From NCBI RefSeq assembly GCF_012571345.1, contig NZ_CP046218.1, forward strand, positions 12,581-32,410: 19,830 nucleotides of DNA, in the 5' to 3' direction. The notes beneath the pieces are model-generated. The model searched no databases. It was not told the DNA's origin and saw only the letters and a program-made list of their open reading frames with translations. Origin of the DNA: Candidatus Saccharimonadota bacterium (GTDB lineage Bacteria > Pseudomonadota > Gammaproteobacteria > Enterobacterales > Enterobacteriaceae). Below, piece after piece: positions 17,144-19,830 of the stretch. Both the position numbers and the translations under genes were made by a program. Each line of letters begins with the position of its first letter. The first letter of the stretch is position 1.

Positions 17144-17194
17144 TTTATTTTGAATATTATCATTATATCTTTACCATATAAAATAATAATATTT

Positions 17195-18946
17195 TTATTG
17201 AGTTATATTTAAATAAATAATGTCTATTTTTTGTCTTAATAAATTAATATATTGTATATTATCTTTTTTTTTTAAAAAACTACATATATAACTTATAGTT
17301 TTAAGACCGATACCATTAATTTTTAATAAATGATATTTATCAGTTTTTAAAAAATTTTCTAAAGTAACAAAATGATCCGCAATATTTTTTGAAGTAACAA
17401 TACCCATATTTTTAATTCCTAAAGCAAATAAGAAATTATGTAAATAAACTTTATGTTTGGCATATAAAGATAATAATATTTTTTGTATAGTAGTCTCGCC
17501 TAGATTTAGTAATCTCAATTGTTTTTTATTGAGTGCAAATAAATCCATAACATTGGATATTATATTTTTTTCTACTAAACGATAAATTAATTGTTTACCT
17601 ACATATTTAATATTTATAGCATTTCTAGATATAAAATGTTTTAAATATTCCTTAAACTGTGCTTTACAAGAAAAACTAGCTGAACAATATAATAAATTAT
17701 TATTATTAATAATTTTAGCATTACAACTAGGACAAAATTGTGGTATAATAATTTTATTGCTATGTTGTTTTGTTCTTTTACTTTTTACTACATGTATAAT
17801 TTTAGGTATAACATTGCCACAACGTTGTATAGTAATTATATCACCTATTTTTAAATCTAATCTATAAATTTCATTAATATTATATAATGTAGCATAACAA
17901 ATTTTCACTCCTGAAATTTTAATACTCTTAAAGTATGCTATAGGTGTAATAATGCCAGTACGTCCTGTTTGAAAAAAAATTTGTTTTAATATTGTACTTT
18001 TTTCTTGTGAAGGAAACTTATACGCTATAGCCCATTTTGGTGCTCGTGAATTACAACCAATTTGTTTTTGTAAAAAAATATCATTAATTTTAATTACAAT
18101 ACCATCAATGTCATACGATAATTTATGCCTATTTGTTTTAAAAAAATCATAAAATTGGATAATTTCTTGTAATGTTGTGCAAGATATAATATTACTAGAG
18201 ATAGGCAATCCATATGTTTTGCATTGTTTAAGTAATGTTGTATGATAACAGGCTATATTACGATTAGCAAAACCAACACCATAACAAAAAAAACTTAATA
18301 AATTAGCGTAATTATTTATATTACGCATACGTAAAAGTCCAACAACAGCACTTCTAGTATTACAAAATTTTTTTTTTTGCATCAAAAAATTTTGATTAAT
18401 ATAATAAAAATTTTTTTTGGTTATAAAAATTTCACCGCGTACTTCTAATGTTTGTGGAATATTGTTACCTTTTAATTTTATCGGTATATCCTTAATTAAA
18501 GAAATATTATGTGTAATATCTTCACCTATATATCCATTACCTCTTGTTAAACCATGTATTAAATGTCCATTAATATATAAAAGATTAATAGCCACACCAT
18601 CAAATTTTAATTCACAACAAAAAAAATTTTTATAGTTGATATATTTTTTATATAAACAAATAAATTGTTTATATAAAAACTGACTGTTAAACGTATTTTG
18701 TAAAGATAACATTGGTGTTTTATGCGCAATTTGTTTGTAATGTTTTAATAATGAATCATTAATATTTTGTGTAGGAGATTTTTGTTTTTTTTCTAATGGT
18801 ATGTAACGTTCTAGTTTTTCTAACTTTAAAAGTAATAAATCATATTGTTGGTCAGTAATTGCCGGTTTATTCAATACATAATATTTATAATTACAAATAT
18901 TTATTTTTTCACGTAATTTATGTATAAGTTTATTGACTTTAATCAT
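17195..18946 (-). CDS. ligA: NAD+-dependent DNA ligase LigA, lacking the C-terminal BRCT domain
   Basis: 583-aa ORF with domain Ia (YYVLNKPAITDQQYD) and the adenylation motif CELKFDGVAI (KxDG). An OB-fold region, the four-Cys zinc finger CPSCNAKIINNNNLLYCSASFSCKAQ, and HhH repeats follow. It ends where the E. coli LigA (671 aa) BRCT domain would begin. Confidence 0.94.
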   Translation of the reverse strand: MIKVNKLIHKLREKINICNYKYYVLNKPAITDQQYDLLLLKLEKLERYIPLEKKQKSPTQNINDSLLKHYKQIAHKTPMLSLQNTFNSQFLYKQFICLYKKYINYKNFFCCELKFDGVAINLLYINGHLIHGLTRGNGYIGEDITHNISLIKDIPIKLKGNNIPQTLEVRGEIFITKKNFYYINQNFLMQKKKFCNTRSAVVGLLRMRNINNYANLLSFFCYGVGFANRNIACYHTTLLKQCKTYGLPISSNIISCTTLQEIIQFYDFFKTNRHKLSYDIDGIVIKINDIFLQKQIGCNSRAPKWAIAYKFPSQEKSTILKQIFFQTGRTGIITPIAYFKSIKISGVKICYATLYNINEIYRLDLKIGDIITIQRCGNVIPKIIHVVKSKRTKQHSNKIIIPQFCPSCNAKIINNNNLLYCSASFSCKAQFKEYLKHFISRNAINIKYVGKQLIYRLVEKNIISNVMDLFALNKKQLRLLNLGETTIQKILLSLYAKHKVYLHNFLFALGIKNMGIVTSKNIADHFVTLENFLKTDKYHLLKINGIGLKTISYICSFLKKKDNIQYINLLRQKIDIIYLNITQ

Positions 18947-18981
18947 TAAAATTATATCTAATATTTAGGATAATATTAATT

Positions 18982-19830
18982 TTATAATTTCCATATTGTT
19001 TTGTCATGCAAATCTTCTAAAAAAATATTATTTTTTTGTAAAAAATTACGAATATTATCAGCTTCTCCCCATAATTTTTTTTTTCTCGCTACACAACGTT
19101 TTTGAATTAATTGTTCTATTTCTAATTTATGTAAAATTTTTGTTGTATGATTTGTAAAATAAGATTTTGGATTATAAAATAATATACCTAAAATATTACC
19201 TAATTTTTTTAAAAGTAACATTAAATGTTGTTGTAAAATAAAATTTTTTTTATGATAAGCAATATTTATATTATGTGATATTTTGAATAAAATACTATAT
19301 GCTTTTGGTGTATTAAAATCATCATTCATGGCATCATAGAATTGTTTTTCTAAATTACTACATGGAATATTTTTAAGATTTATTTCTTTTATTTTACTTA
19401 TATTATAAATAGCTCTATATAGTTTTTTCATAACAATACAAGCTTTTTGAAGTTTTTCTTCATGAAAAATTATTGGTCTACGATAATGTGTAATAGTAAA
19501 AAAATAACGAATAACTTCATTATTATATTTAGATAATATATCTTTCAGTTTAATATCATTTTGTAATGTTTTAGACATTTTTGTATTATTAATAATAATC
19601 ATCCCAGTATGAATCCAAAAATTAACCTTAAATAAGGGATGCATGCATTGTGATTGTGCTATTTCATTTTCATGATGTGGAAAAATTAAATCATTCCCAC
19701 CTCCATGTATATCAAAATTATATCCAAAATATTTATAACTTATTGCGCTACATTCTATATGCCAACCAGGTCTGCCATATCCCCATGGTGATAACCATCC
19801 TATTTGTTTCTGTAAACATTTTTTCCATAG
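18982..19830 (-). CDS. cysS: Cysteine--tRNA ligase, 3' portion; the 5' end lies beyond the window
   Basis: The track ORF starts at an internal Met (19642-19644). My hand translation of the same frame stays open to the window edge. It reads ...[66 protein letters not shown], matching E. coli CysS ([33 protein letters not shown], KMSKS). Confidence 0.95.
   Translation of the reverse strand, partial: [282 protein letters not shown]

Noticed and set aside
18417-18635. 72-aa plus-strand ORF inside ligA
   Set aside because: It lies antisense to the ligA nucleotidyltransferase domain and is a shadow ORF.
19642-19644. Met codon used by the ORF track as the cysS start (220-aa product)
   Set aside because: Hand translation shows the same frame stays open to position 19830 and encodes conserved CysRS motifs ([32 protein letters not shown]). 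The gene is truncated by the window edge and does not start here.
1-19830. A novel multi-gene system such as defence, toxin-antitoxin, secretion or a biosynthetic cluster
   Set aside because: Every non-shadow ORF is a recognisable single-copy housekeeping ortholog of roughly ancestral or reduced length. Most sit in ancestral synteny blocks shared with E. coli. There are no hypothetical genes, no repeat arrays, no integrase or transposase, and no compositional island.

Overview
This window looks like ordinary core-genome sequence from a very AT-rich, reduced gammaproteobacterial genome of the Enterobacterales-derived insect-endosymbiont type. G+C is roughly 20% by eye and was not computed. I cannot name the species from sequence alone.

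I can support 17 protein-coding genes, all recognisable housekeeping orthologs, and 4 tRNA genes. In order: tRNA-Lys(UUU) and tRNA-Val(UAC) on the minus strand, then gltX, hspQ, alr, metG, ydjM, rnb, ssb, rpoH, ftsY, rsmD, tusA, recA, alaS, csrA, tRNA-Ser(GCU), tRNA-Arg(ACG), dapD, ligA, and cysS. cysS runs off the right edge of the window.

Three blocks keep E. coli micro-synteny but have lost internal genes:
- the Val-Lys tRNA pair divergent from gltX;
- rpoH-[ftsX ftsE missing]-ftsY, divergent rsmD, then [yhhL yhhM yhhN zntA missing]-tusA;
- recA-[recX missing]-alaS-csrA-serV-argV.

I found no CRISPR array, mobile element, defence or toxin-antitoxin cassette, or multi-gene block of unknown function. 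Every other ORF on the track lies antisense to a conserved gene and looks like a shadow ORF. I therefore do not think this window holds a novel system.

The features most worth a second look are modest:
- an ORF-free, almost pure A+T spacer of at least 917 bp at the left edge, against 9-144 bp for every other spacer;
- domain-trimmed enzymes (LigA without BRCT, MetG without the C-terminal tRNA-binding domain, FtsY without the A domain, RecA without the acidic tail, and an eroded AlaS C-terminus);
- recA kept without recX or a visible SOS box;
- an Asn at the fourth zinc-ligand position of GluRS;
- tRNA genes with no encoded CCA;
- many in-frame poly(A) tracts of 9-11 nt, plus an A10 tract between the csrA Shine-Dalgarno and its ATG;
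- two intergenic hairpins or palindromes.

All homology statements rest on my recall of E. coli sequences, not on a database search.
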